Shown here piece by piece: positions 8,086 to 17,118 of a stretch of DNA of 64,000 nucleotides. Under the pieces are notes generated by a model. It was given only the letters and a program-made list of their open reading frames with translations. It was not told the DNA's origin and made no database searches. Source of the DNA: Bacteroidales bacterium (GTDB lineage Bacteria > Bacteroidota > Bacteroidia > Bacteroidales > Muribaculaceae); NCBI GenBank assembly GCA_021205635.1, contig JAJPXC010000095.1:15076-79075 (forward strand). The letters are read 5' to 3'. Each line of letters starts with the position of its first letter. The first letter of the stretch is position 1. Both the position numbers and the translations under genes were made by a program.

Positions 8086-8093
8086 TAGCCGCA

Positions 8094-8951
8094 ATGCAGA
8101 TTGATACGCTATATGTGACCGATTTGGACGGCACGCTGCTCGGCCCCGACAGCCTCATCAGTCCCCGTTCGGCCGAATTGATCAGCCGACTGGTGGAGGA
8201 AGGCGCCAAGATCACTGTGGCCACCGCGCGCACTCCGGCAACCGTGGAAACCCTCCTTGAGGGCACTTACACCCGCTTGCCGGTGATCGTGCTTACCGGG
8301 GCCGCGATGTGGGATCGCGAGCGACGCCGATACCTGTACCCCCACTTTATCGACAACGACCTCGCGGAAGCCGTCCTTGACGAGTTTCGTCGAGCCAACG
8401 TCGCCCCATTCGTCTACACCTTGCGCGACGACGGCATCCTCCACGTCTACCACAACGGCGAGATGAACGACGTTTCCCGCGAGTTCATGAACGAGCGCCT
8501 CAATCTCCCCCTGAAGAAATTCCACCTCGACCTGCCCGAGATGGACACTGCCCGCTTTATCCCCTCCACCGTCCTCTACTTCGCCATGGGCAAAGCCGAC
8601 AAGGTATACCCCCTGGCCGACGCCATACGCCAGCGTGTCGACTGCTCGGTCTACTCCTATCTCGACATCTTCCACCCCGACGTGGCAATCATCGAGGTAT
8701 TCGCGGCACAGGTGTCCAAGGCCAACGCCGTCAAGAAGCTCGCCCGCCGCGAGGGACTCAAGCGCATCGTCGTCTTCGGCGACTCATCCAACGACGTGCC
8801 CATGATGGACATCGCCGACGTCGCGGTGGCACCCGAGAACGCCATCCTCGACGCCAAGCGAGCCGCCCACGTCATCATCCCCGGCAACGACCACGACTCG
8901 GTGGCCGAATTCATCCTCCACGACTATTATTCAACCGACGTTGACGTATAG
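8094..8951 (+). CDS. HAD-IIB (Cof-type) phosphatase
   Basis: ATG ORF 285 aa; motif I VTDLDGTLL, motif II TARTP, motif IV FGDSSNDVPM. Confidence 0.85.
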   Translation: MQIDTLYVTDLDGTLLGPDSLISPRSAELISRLVEEGAKITVATARTPATVETLLEGTYTRLPVIVLTGAAMWDRERRRYLYPHFIDNDLAEAVLDEFRRANVAPFVYTLRDDGILHVYHNGEMNDVSREFMNERLNLPLKKFHLDLPEMDTARFIPSTVLYFAMGKADKVYPLADAIRQRVDCSVYSYLDIFHPDVAIIEVFAAQVSKANAVKKLARREGLKRIVVFGDSSNDVPMMDIADVAVAPENAILDAKRAAHVIIPGNDHDSVAEFILHDYYSTDVDV

Positions 8952-10166
8952 ATGAGAGATATTTACGCCATACGACGCTACGGCAAGCTGGGATTTCTGG
9001 TGCTCTCAGCCCTGGTGGTGTGCGTGTTCCTCTACTACGGCAACAACTTGGTCGACGACCTCGCCGAGCAGGAGCGCGAGCGCATGCAGATATGGGCCGA
9101 CGCCACCAAGGAGATCGTCAACGCCTCGTCGATGGACTCGGATGACGGTTTCGGCGGGGGCAACGTTGAGTTCCTCCTCTCCATCATCGAGCGCAACCAC
9201 ACCATCCCCGTCCTGCTCACCGACGACGACGGCACAATACTACTACACCGCAACTTCGACCTGCCCGAGCCCCAGGACTCCATGGCGCCCTACTACACCT
9301 CACCCGTCAACGAGGCATTCCTCGAGAAGAAACTGGAGGATCTTAAGGGCACCAACAACGTCATTGAGATCAACATCGGTCCCGACAACCTACAGCGCCT
9401 CTACTACGAGGACTCCACCCTGCTCAAGCGCTTGAGCCTATACCCCTACATCCAGTTGCTGGTGATGCTGGCGTTTATCGCCGTTGTCTACTTCGCCGTC
9501 ACCTCCACCAAGACAGCCGAGCAGAACAAGGTGTGGGTAGGTCTCTCCAAGGAAACCGCTCACCAGCTTGGCACGCCCATCTCCTCGCTATTGGCTTGGG
9601 TGGAACTGCTGGAGAGCCTCGGCGTCGACCAGGAGACCGTCACCGAGATCTCCAAGGACGTCAACCGCCTCAACACCATCGCCTCGCGCTTCAGCAAGAT
9701 TGGCTCGCAGCCACAGATGGAGGCGGCCGACCTTAACGAGGTGGTGGAACGCGCAGCCTCCTATATGCGCACGCGCATCTCCTCGCGTATCAACCTCTCG
9801 ATCAACCTCTACCCCGAGGCGCTGCCAGTGAAGGTGTCGGCACCCCTTTTCGAGTGGGTGATGGAGAACCTTATCAAGAACGCCGTCGACGCCATGGAAG
9901 GCTCCGGCTCGATTACCGTCACCACCGCCGTCGACCCCTCGGGCAAGCCCTACGTTGAGGTGGCCGACACAGGCCGAGGCATTCCCCGCAAGAAGCAAAA
10001 GACCATCTTCAACCCCGGCTACACCACCAAGAAACGCGGCTGGGGCCTAGGCCTGACACTCGCCAAGCGCATCATCGAGCAGTACCACCGCGGACGCATC
10101 TACGTGGCCTCCTCCGAGCCCGGCCGCGGCACCACCTTCCGCATCGACCTCCCCCTCAACTCCTAA
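8952..10166 (+). CDS. Orphan membrane sensor histidine kinase (no receiver gene adjacent)
   Basis: ATG abuts the HAD stop codon (TAG ATG); two TM segments flanking a ~140-aa loop; H-box ETAHQLGTPISS, N-box ENLIKNAVDA, G-boxes ADTGRGIP and GWGLGL. Confidence 0.85.
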   Translation: MRDIYAIRRYGKLGFLVLSALVVCVFLYYGNNLVDDLAEQERERMQIWADATKEIVNASSMDSDDGFGGGNVEFLLSIIERNHTIPVLLTDDDGTILLHRNFDLPEPQDSMAPYYTSPVNEAFLEKKLEDLKGTNNVIEINIGPDNLQRLYYEDSTLLKRLSLYPYIQLLVMLAFIAVVYFAVTSTKTAEQNKVWVGLSKETAHQLGTPISSLLAWVELLESLGVDQETVTEISKDVNRLNTIASRFSKIGSQPQMEAADLNEVVERAASYMRTRISSRINLSINLYPEALPVKVSAPLFEWVMENLIKNAVDAMEGSGSITVTTAVDPSGKPYVEVADTGRGIPRKKQKTIFNPGYTTKKRGWGLGLTLAKRIIEQYHRGRIYVASSEPGRGTTFRIDLPLNS

Positions 10167-10189
10167 TTAGCTTTTCCATCCTCTTGGGG

Positions 10190-10226
10190 GCCACGGTGCC
10201 ACGCGATTCCATCGCGGGGTAGTAAG
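10190..10226. repeat. GC-rich motif GCCACGGTGCC-CGCG..CGCGG..GTAGTAA (copy 1)
   Basis: gccacggtgccacgcgattccatcgcggggtagtaag; a related copy lies at 47146-47178. Confidence 0.7.
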
Positions 10227-10231
10227 CTCCA

Positions 10232-10265
10232 CGAGCGGCTCGTCCCTTTCGGGACGCGCCGCTCG
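10232..10265 (+). terminator. GC-rich nested hairpin downstream of the histidine kinase
   Basis: CGAGCGGC...GCCGCTCG outer stem with an inner GTCCCtttcGGGAC; followed by a T-rich tract (cgtttcaactatttattt). Confidence 0.5.
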
Positions 10266-10552
10266 CTTCGCGTTTCAACTATTTATTTATGAGAGCCTCA
10301 ATATCTAGTATCACTACCTGATATAAAGGACGAGGGATGTAATTAATAAAGCTTGTTTCTATCCTTGATTTATACTTATAACAAGCCAAAAGCCCGATAG
10401 ATAGCCCGATTTGCCCTAAAAGTGTTTAAATAGTGTTTACGCAAGGTCAATTTTAACATAAAATCGCAGGCAGAGCCTTCTACAGCCTTCTTTATTCTTG
10501 TTACATCGTGTTAAATATACTAAAATTTATTGTAAGACTATAAATAAGGTGG

Positions 10553-10560
10553 TAACTTTG
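10553..10560 (+). promoter_or_regulatory. -7 box TAACTTTG for the GHL10 gene
   Basis: Exact TAnnTTTG, 76 nt upstream of the ATG at 10636, inside an AT-rich island. Confidence 0.45.
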
Positions 10561-10635
10561 TGCCGTATTCTGTAATACAGGTTTATACCATCTAAAATAC
10601 AGCAACCTAAACATAAACAACACTTTACAGGACTT

Positions 10636-13600
10636 ATGAAGAAATCGTTACGCGCATTAGCAGCCTTGGCTTTGGCCGCGCTGCTGTCTACGCCAACGCC
10701 CGCCTCTGCCGACACCAAGCGCGAGATGCGCTCCACGTGGCTCGCCACTGTGTGGGCCATCGACTGGCCCTCCTCCACCGGCACCTCCTCCTCTGTGATC
10801 ACAAAGCAGAAAAAGGAACTTACCGACTATCTCGACCAAATGGTCGAAACCAACATGACCTCCGTGTGCTTCCAGGTGCGATCCATGTGCGACGCCATGT
10901 ACAATTCGTCTTACGAGCCTTGGAGCTCTTACCTCACCGGCTCTCGCGGCACCAACCCCGGCTGGGATCCCCTCTCCTTCTGCGTTGAGGAGTGCCACAA
11001 GCGCGGCATCGAGTGCTACGCGTGGGTCAACCCCTACCGCTACTCCACCGGTTCCAACTGGACCACCACGCAGGACAAAGCCCTCGAAAACGGCGGGTAT
11101 ATCCTCACCTACGGCACCACCAAGATCCTCAACCCCGGCCTTGAGTACTGCCGTCAGCGCATCGTGAACGTGTGCCAGGAGATTATCACCAACTACGCTG
11201 TCGACGGTATCCTCTTCGACGACTATTTCTACCCCAACGGTATCCCCGAATCATCCTCGGCCGAGGACTACACCCTGTGGAAAAACTCGGGCACATCCCT
11301 CTCCTTCGGCAACTGGCGCCGCTCCAACGTCAACCAGATGGTGAAGGACGTTTACGACATGATCCAGGCAAGCCGTCCCGACGTGCGGTTCGGTATCGCC
11401 CCCGCCGGTGGTGCTGGTGCCGACTACGCCTCCTATCCCGGCATGCCCAAGCCCGGCACATGGAGCGACTGGCAGTACTCGGGCATCTACTCGGCCCCGC
11501 TGGCGTGGATGAACGCCGGCACGGTCGACTTCATCTCGCCCCAGCTTTACTGGTCGTGCGATCACTCAACCAACCCCTTCGGGCCCATGTGCTCATGGTG
11601 GAGCCAAGCCGCCGAGCTGTTCAACCGCCACTTCTACGCTTCCCACTCGCTGAGCGAGATCGCGTCGTCGTCATCTCCCTCGACCGTCATCGCCGACCGC
11701 GTGCAGCAGGTGGGCTACAACCGTCAATACACCCCCAACAACGCTCCCGGCTCGATCTTCTACTCCCAGAAGAATTTCAACTCGTCGATGCGCGCGGCCC
11801 TGCTTGCCGACTATTTCTCCAAGCCCGCCCTCACCCCGGTAATTACCTGGAAGACCGCCGACAACTACTCGGCTCCCGCCTCCGGCTCCCACTCCGGCAC
11901 CACGTTGACATGGAGCGCAGTCACCAACTCATCTCGCTCCAACGCCATCATCCGCTACTCGGTGTACGCCGTGCCCACCACCACCGACCTTGACAACGCC
12001 AAGGGCGCTGACGGCGACGGTATCTCAGTAGACTACCTCCAAGGAGTAAGCTACTCCACCACCTATACCCTCGACTCATCGAAAAAGAGCGGCTACTGGT
12101 ACGCCATCTGCGTGCTCGACGGCTACGGCAACGAATTTGAGCCGCTGCTCATCGACTATCCCTCCTACAGCGAGACCACCGCTCCCTCCCTCATCTCCCC
12201 GGCCAACGGAGAGGGCCTCGCCGACGAGGTGGCATTCTCGTGGAGCAACGCCGGCGCCGACACTTACGACCTGCAGATTTCGGCCACCTCCGACTTCTCC
12301 ACCATCAAATACTCGCTCAACACCTCCACCACCACCGCTCTCGTGGGTGGCGGATACCTCGGCGTGGGCACCTGGTACTGGCGCGTCGTGGCCAACAAGA
12401 GCGGCTACAAGAGCGCGGCCAGTTCCTCGCGCAAGTTTATCCTCACTTCCATCTCGGTGGGCAGCTATGAGCCGGGCTACTCGATCATCACCGACGGCTG
12501 CGACTACTCAGCGTCAACGGCATTCTCGGTGAAGAACGACTGGATACGCTCCACCGCATCGTCCTTCGGCAACTTCACCACCGAGAGCGACGGCGTGCTC
12601 AACCGCACCTTTGTGGCCGTGGGTGACTACCTCTACCTCTCGGGCCGCACCGAGAACGCATCGTCGGCCACCTGCTACCTCGGCAAGTACGACCGCTACA
12701 CCGGCGAGCACATCTCCGACATCATCCTCGGCTCGGCCGCCTCTATGAGCTATTACCCCTGCAATACCGTGCTCCGCGACGAGGCCGGCCACGTGATGAT
12801 CGCCAACCTCACCCTCAACATCTCCTCCACTCCGCTGGTGATTCAAGCCGTCGACCTTGAGACAGGCGACCTCACCACCCTGGCCTCACTCACCTACTCG
12901 GGTGGCGGCCGCGTGGATCATGCCGCTGTCTATGGCGACATCTCCTCGTCGACCTACTACATCTTCGCTATGGTGGCTTCCTCCAACACGCTGCTGCGCT
13001 GGAAGGTGTCCAACGGCACCGCCAACTCGGGCAATGCCTACACCATGGCTACGCCCTACAACAACGCGGCCAACGTGGGTATCGCCCCGCTGGTAATCCC
13101 CGTAAGCGCTTCGCAGGTACTGATCAACGGCCAAAACATCGCCCTCACCCGCTACAAGGTATCCAACGGCAACATCGTTGGCAGCTTCAACGACGCCGAC
13201 TCGTCGGTCAAGCCCTCGTCGTCAACCGGCAATGGTGGCTCATTCTTCAACCTCGGCGATAGCTACTTTATGGTGTACCCCTCGGATACCGCCGCCGACG
13301 GCCACCACTTCACCATTGTTACCACCGACAGCGACTACTCGTTCGCGTCGATGGCCAACCCCGTGAAGATCCCCGGTTGCGGCCTCGGAACGGTTAACTC
13401 CACCACCGCAATCGCCCAAACCGACTATGTGCTCAACTCCGACGGCACCTCGGCCGGGGTTTACGTCTACGCCCCGGGCAACGGCTTCTCGGCCTACACA
13501 ATCTCCACTGCCACCTCGGGTGTCAACACCATCCAGGGTATCGTCGACTCCACCGCTCCGGTTGAGTACTACAACCTGCAGGGCATCCGCGTGGCCCAGC

Positions 13601-13662
13601 CCACCCCCGGCAACATCTACATCCGCCGCCAAGGCACGCAAGTATCAAAAATCAAGCTTTAA
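10636..13662 (+). CDS. Glycoside-hydrolase-like family 10 (GHL10/DUF187) protein with C-terminal extension, T9SS cargo
   Basis: ATG ORF 1008 aa; signal peptide; REMRSTWLATVWAIDWP and following ~370 aa resemble GHL10 TIM-barrel proteins; long Ser/Thr/Tyr-rich beta region; CTD VEYYNLQGIRVAQPTPGNIYIRRQGTQVSKIKL. Confidence 0.7.
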   Translation: MKKSLRALAALALAALLSTPTPASADTKREMRSTWLATVWAIDWPSSTGTSSSVITKQKKELTDYLDQMVETNMTSVCFQVRSMCDAMYNSSYEPWSSYLTGSRGTNPGWDPLSFCVEECHKRGIECYAWVNPYRYSTGSNWTTTQDKALENGGYILTYGTTKILNPGLEYCRQRIVNVCQEIITNYAVDGILFDDYFYPNGIPESSSAEDYTLWKNSGTSLSFGNWRRSNVNQMVKDVYDMIQASRPDVRFGIAPAGGAGADYASYPGMPKPGTWSDWQYSGIYSAPLAWMNAGTVDFISPQLYWSCDHSTNPFGPMCSWWSQAAELFNRHFYASHSLSEIASSSSPSTVIADRVQQVGYNRQYTPNNAPGSIFYSQKNFNSSMRAALLADYFSKPALTPVITWKTADNYSAPASGSHSGTTLTWSAVTNSSRSNAIIRYSVYAVPTTTDLDNAKGADGDGISVDYLQGVSYSTTYTLDSSKKSGYWYAICVLDGYGNEFEPLLIDYPSYSETTAPSLISPANGEGLADEVAFSWSNAGADTYDLQISATSDFSTIKYSLNTSTTTALVGGGYLGVGTWYWRVVANKSGYKSAASSSRKFILTSISVGSYEPGYSIITDGCDYSASTAFSVKNDWIRSTASSFGNFTTESDGVLNRTFVAVGDYLYLSGRTENASSATCYLGKYDRYTGEHISDIILGSAASMSYYPCNTVLRDEAGHVMIANLTLNISSTPLVIQAVDLETGDLTTLASLTYSGGGRVDHAAVYGDISSSTYYIFAMVASSNTLLRWKVSNGTANSGNAYTMATPYNNAANVGIAPLVIPVSASQVLINGQNIALTRYKVSNGNIVGSFNDADSSVKPSSSTGNGGSFFNLGDSYFMVYPSDTAADGHHFTIVTTDSDYSFASMANPVKIPGCGLGTVNSTTAIAQTDYVLNSDGTSAGVYVYAPGNGFSAYTISTATSGVNTIQGIVDSTAPVEYYNLQGIRVAQPTPGNIYIRRQGTQVSKIKL

Positions 13663-13695
13663 GCTTGATTTTTGATACTTGAGGATAAAGTATCA
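13647..13695 (+). terminator. Two consecutive perfect hairpins spanning the GHL10 stop codon
   Basis: 13-bp arms AAAAATCAAGCTT/AAGCTTGATTTTT around the TAA (13647-13673), then TGATACTT-N7-AAGTATCA (13673-13695). Confidence 0.5.
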
Positions 13696-13709
13696 AGGAT
13701 AAAGGATAC

Positions 13710-13739
13710 AGCCCCGCTTGGTGAACGTCAGGCGGGGCT
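13710..13739 (+). terminator. Hairpin AGCCCCGC-N14-GCGGGGCT
   Basis: Same stem as 1204-1233, different loop; followed by the ATTATA..AATCACTA word. Confidence 0.5.
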
Positions 13740-13766
13740 ATTATATTCAATCACTATTCACTTAAT
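13737..13766. repeat. Third, diverged copy of the GCTATTATA..AATCACTA word
   Basis: GCTATTATATTCAATCACTATTCACTTAAT; about 24 of 27 positions match 1231-1257 by eye. Confidence 0.7.
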
Positions 13767-13870
13767 ACCTTTCCTTTTGTCGCTTGGAGAAAAATGTGTA
13801 ACTTCGCGGGCGAAAAGCCGAGTGACCCGATTTTGGGTCCAAATCAAGGCTTGTTTCTGCGTACATTTCT

Positions 13871-15535
13871 ATGGAATTGATTCAAACATTGCTAGCCCCG
13901 GGCAACGACAACTTGGCGAGTACCATTGTCCTCTACTCGTTTGTGATCGCCTTGGGCGTCTTCCTTGGCAAGATGAAGATCGGAGGCGTGTCGCTCGGCG
14001 TCACCTTCGTCCTCTTCGTGGGCATCCTCATGGGCCACTTGGGATACATCGTCGACGAGATGGTGCTGAAATTCATCCGCGAGTTTGGCCTCATCCTCTT
14101 CATCTTCTCCATCGGTATCCAGGTGGGTCCCGGCTTCTTCTCCTCGTTCAAGAAAGGTGGAGTGAGGCTCAACGCCCTGGCCCTGCTTGTAATCGCGCTC
14201 AACGTGGTAATCGTGCTCTCGATCTACTTCATCGAGGGTGGACACACATCGATCGCCGCCCTGGTGGGCGTGATGTCGGGTGCTGTCACCAACACCCCGG
14301 GCCTCGCCGCCGCCCAGCAGACGGTGGAGACCGCCGAAGCCGCCAACACTATGGCCATGGGCTACGCAGCCGCATATCCCCTTGGCGTTGTGGGCATTAT
14401 CTTGGCAATGTTTATCATCAAGTGGATCTTCCGCATACGCGTCGACGACGAAATCAAGCAATTGGAAAAGGAGCGCGAGGATTCAGCCCTGAAACCTTAC
14501 TTGGTAACCTTTGAGATCACCAACAAGCTGGTCGACGGCCGCACGCTCGTCGAGCTACATCACCTGATCCAATGCAACTTCGTGGTATCCCGCCTGATGA
14601 CCACCGACGGCGAGATCATTATCCCCAAATCCTCCACCCAGATCCACGTTGGCGACAAGCTATTCATCGTGATGTCGAAAAGCGACGAGGACCGCTTCCA
14701 GGCCCTGCTTGGCAACGAGGTGGAATTCAACTGGGACGAGCTTCACGGCCAGAATGCCGCGCCGGTGGTGTCGCGCCGTATCTTGATCACCAAGAGCTCC
14801 TTCAACGGGGTGCCCATCGGCTCGCTGCGCCTCCACAACGGTTACCGCCTCAACGCCACCCGCGTCAACCGCGCCGGTGTCGACCTGCTAGCATCCCCCG
14901 ACCTGCGCCTGCAGATGGGCGACCGCATCACCGTCGTGGGCGACCTCCAGGACATCGACCGCCTCGCCTCCAAGATGGGCAACTCGATGAAGCGCTTGAA
15001 CGAGCCTAACATCATCACCATCTTCGTGGGTATCATGTTCGGTATCATCCTCGGCTCGATCAACATCGGCTTCGGCATGAAGCTCGGTTTGGCTGGCGGA
15101 CCGCTGGTTGTCGCCATCCTCCTCAGCCGCTTCGGATACAAGTTCAAGCTCGTCACCTACACCTCATCGTCGGCATCGCTGCTGATGCGCGAATTGGGCA
15201 TCTGCTTGTTCCTCGCCTCGGTGGGCATCGCCGCCGGCAAGGGATTCGCGGCCACCGTGTTCAACCCCACCGGCATGTGGTGGGTGATCTGGGGCTTCAT
15301 GATCACACTCCTCCCGCTTATTATCGTGGGCATCATCGCCCGCGGCGTGCATAAGATCAATTTCTTGACCATCATGGGTCTGTTCTCGGGCGGCTGCACC
15401 GATCCCCCGGCACTGGCCTACGCCAACAACTCCACCGGCAACGACCAGCCCGCCGTGGCCTACTCGACGGTCTACCCTTTGACCATGTTCCTACGCGTGG
15501 TCGTCGCCCAAGGCCTAATCCTTTGCTTCGCCTAA
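13871..15535 (+). CDS. YidE/YbjL (AspT-like) family transporter with two central TrkA-C/RCK_C domains
   Basis: ATG ORF 554 aa; two ~5-TM halves separated by two soluble repeats (...VGDKLFIVMS..., ...MGDRITVVGD...) as in the YidE/YbjL family. Confidence 0.8.
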   Translation: MELIQTLLAPGNDNLASTIVLYSFVIALGVFLGKMKIGGVSLGVTFVLFVGILMGHLGYIVDEMVLKFIREFGLILFIFSIGIQVGPGFFSSFKKGGVRLNALALLVIALNVVIVLSIYFIEGGHTSIAALVGVMSGAVTNTPGLAAAQQTVETAEAANTMAMGYAAAYPLGVVGIILAMFIIKWIFRIRVDDEIKQLEKEREDSALKPYLVTFEITNKLVDGRTLVELHHLIQCNFVVSRLMTTDGEIIIPKSSTQIHVGDKLFIVMSKSDEDRFQALLGNEVEFNWDELHGQNAAPVVSRRILITKSSFNGVPIGSLRLHNGYRLNATRVNRAGVDLLASPDLRLQMGDRITVVGDLQDIDRLASKMGNSMKRLNEPNIITIFVGIMFGIILGSINIGFGMKLGLAGGPLVVAILLSRFGYKFKLVTYTSSSASLLMRELGICLFLASVGIAAGKGFAATVFNPTGMWWVIWGFMITLLPLIIVGIIARGVHKINFLTIMGLFSGGCTDPPALAYANNSTGNDQPAVAYSTVYPLTMFLRVVVAQGLILCFA

Positions 15536-15571
15536 CGACACATAAGATGCGCAGCCAGCGTGCATGCCAGC

Positions 15572-15606
15572 TGCGCATTGTGCATTGTGCACTGTGCATT
15601 GTGCAC
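15572..15606. repeat. (TGYGCAY)x5 heptamer array
   Basis: tgcgcat tgtgcat tgtgcac tgtgcat tgtgcac; preceded by the hairpin ATGCGCAGC...GCTGCGCAT (15547-15578). Confidence 0.9.
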
Positions 15607-15678
15607 TAATGCAGCCTACCTTACTTGAATGCGCGACGGGAAGGGAGAGAGACTCGGCTTCTCGTCGCTTTTACGTTA

Positions 15679-15996
15679 TCACTTCTCGTCGCTCTTCGTG
15701 CCCTCGTGCTCGTAGATCTTGGCCACGAGCAGTTCGGCCTGCTGAACGCCTACGGTGCGCCATACGGGCTTGCCGCATTTGAACAGGATCAGCGTGGGCA
15801 CTGATTGGACGTGATACTGGGCGGCCAGCTCCTGGTTGCGATCGATGTCGATTTTGACTATCGTGCCGTGGTCGCCGATTTTCTCTTTCACTTGCTCAAG
15901 GATTGGGCTCTGCATCTTGCAAGGGCCGCACCATGTGGCGTAGAAGTCGACCAAGGTCGGCTTTTCGCTGTTGATTATGTCAGTAAACTGGCTCAT
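15679..15996 (-). CDS. trxA: Thioredoxin
   Basis: ATG ORF 105 aa; canonical WCGPCK active site and thioredoxin length. Confidence 0.95.
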   Translation of the reverse strand: MSQFTDIINSEKPTLVDFYATWCGPCKMQSPILEQVKEKIGDHGTIVKIDIDRNQELAAQYHVQSVPTLILFKCGKPVWRTVGVQQAELLVAKIYEHEGTKSDEK

Positions 15997-16005
15997 AGTA
16001 TATAA

Positions 16006-16040
16006 GTTTTCAGTTTTCAGTTGTTAGTTTTTAGTTGTTA
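16006..16040. repeat. (GTTKTYA)x5 heptamer array
   Basis: gttttca gttttca gttgtta gttttta gttgtta; the same word as at 60503-60537. Confidence 0.9.
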
Positions 16041-16061
16041 GGGTCTTCTTTATTCCTTTTG

Positions 16062-16089
16062 TCCTTTCATCCTTTAAAGGATTAAAGGA
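16062..16089. repeat. 28-bp palindrome TCCTTTCATCCTTT|AAAGGATTAAAGGA
   Basis: 13 of 14 arm positions pair; lies in the trxA/dapA divergent region. Confidence 0.85.
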
Positions 16090-16224
16090 GGGGGGCCTGA
16101 GGGCTATTAGTAAAAATAGAACAATATAGGGCGCGGTGGGGTTTTTGGCGTTTCGGGTTTTTAACAAATTTGGCTGAAAAAGGGAAAATCGTTAACTTCG
16201 CGGCGGATTCCAAAAACAATTCCT

Positions 16225-17112
16225 ATGGCGCATATCAATCTCAAAGGCATGGGCGTCGCCTTGATCACTCCGTTCAAGGCCGACAAATCAGTGGATTACG
16301 ACGCTCTGGCCCGGTTGCTAGAATACCAAATCAAGAATGGCGTTGACTACCTCGTGGTGCTGGGGACGACGGCCGAGACGGCCACTTTGACCCCCGAGGA
16401 GAAAAAATCGGTGCGCGAATTTATAGTCGAGCGCGTCGCCGGGCGTGTGCCCTTGGTTATCGGCATCGGCGGCAACAACACCATGGCCGTAATCGCCGAG
16501 ATCAAGTCGACCGACCTGCAGCCGTTTAGCGCCATTCTCTCGGTGGTGCCCTACTACAACAAGCCCTCCCAGGAGGGCATCTACCAGCACTACCGCGCCA
16601 TTGCCTCAGCCTCGCCCCTCCCCATTATCCTGTATAATGTACCGGGACGCACGGGCGTGAACATGGCCGCCGAGACCACCCTGCGCCTGGCCCGCGAGTT
16701 CCCCGAAAAGGTGATCGGCGTGAAAGAGGCCTCGGGCAACATCACCCAGATGGACGACATAATCAAGCGTAAGCCGGCCGACTTCATGGTAATCTCGGGC
16801 GACGACGGCATCACGTTCCCCCTGATCACACTGGGCGCAGTGGGCGTAATCTCGGTGATCGGCAACGCCTTCCCCAAAGAATTCGCCAAGATGGTGCGAC
16901 TCGCCCTCAGCGGCGACTACGCCAACGCGCTGCTGATCCACCACCGTTTCACCGAATTGTTCTCGCTGCTGTTCATCGACGGCAACCCCGCCGGCGTGAA
17001 GTGCCTGCTCAACGCCATGGGCTACATTGAAAACGAGCTGCGCCTCCCTCTCGTCCCCACCCGCATCACCACCTACGAAAAAATCCGCCAGGTACTCGAA
17101 TCCCTCGGCTAA
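16225..17112 (+). CDS. dapA: 4-hydroxy-tetrahydrodipicolinate synthase
   Basis: ATG ORF 295 aa; GVALITPF, VVLGTTAE, YNKPSQEG, YNVPGRTG and KEASG (Schiff-base Lys) motifs. Confidence 0.95.
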   Translation: MAHINLKGMGVALITPFKADKSVDYDALARLLEYQIKNGVDYLVVLGTTAETATLTPEEKKSVREFIVERVAGRVPLVIGIGGNNTMAVIAEIKSTDLQPFSAILSVVPYYNKPSQEGIYQHYRAIASASPLPIILYNVPGRTGVNMAAETTLRLAREFPEKVIGVKEASGNITQMDDIIKRKPADFMVISGDDGITFPLITLGAVGVISVIGNAFPKEFAKMVRLALSGDYANALLIHHRFTELFSLLFIDGNPAGVKCLLNAMGYIENELRLPLVPTRITTYEKIRQVLESLG

Positions 17113-17118
17113 CAAGTT

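Noticed and set aside
13672-14514. 280-aa ORF overlapping the promoter and 5' half of the YidE-like transporter gene
   Set aside because: It has a TTG start inside a hairpin and an Arg/Pro/Gly-rich product. It overlaps a well-supported transporter gene in another frame.
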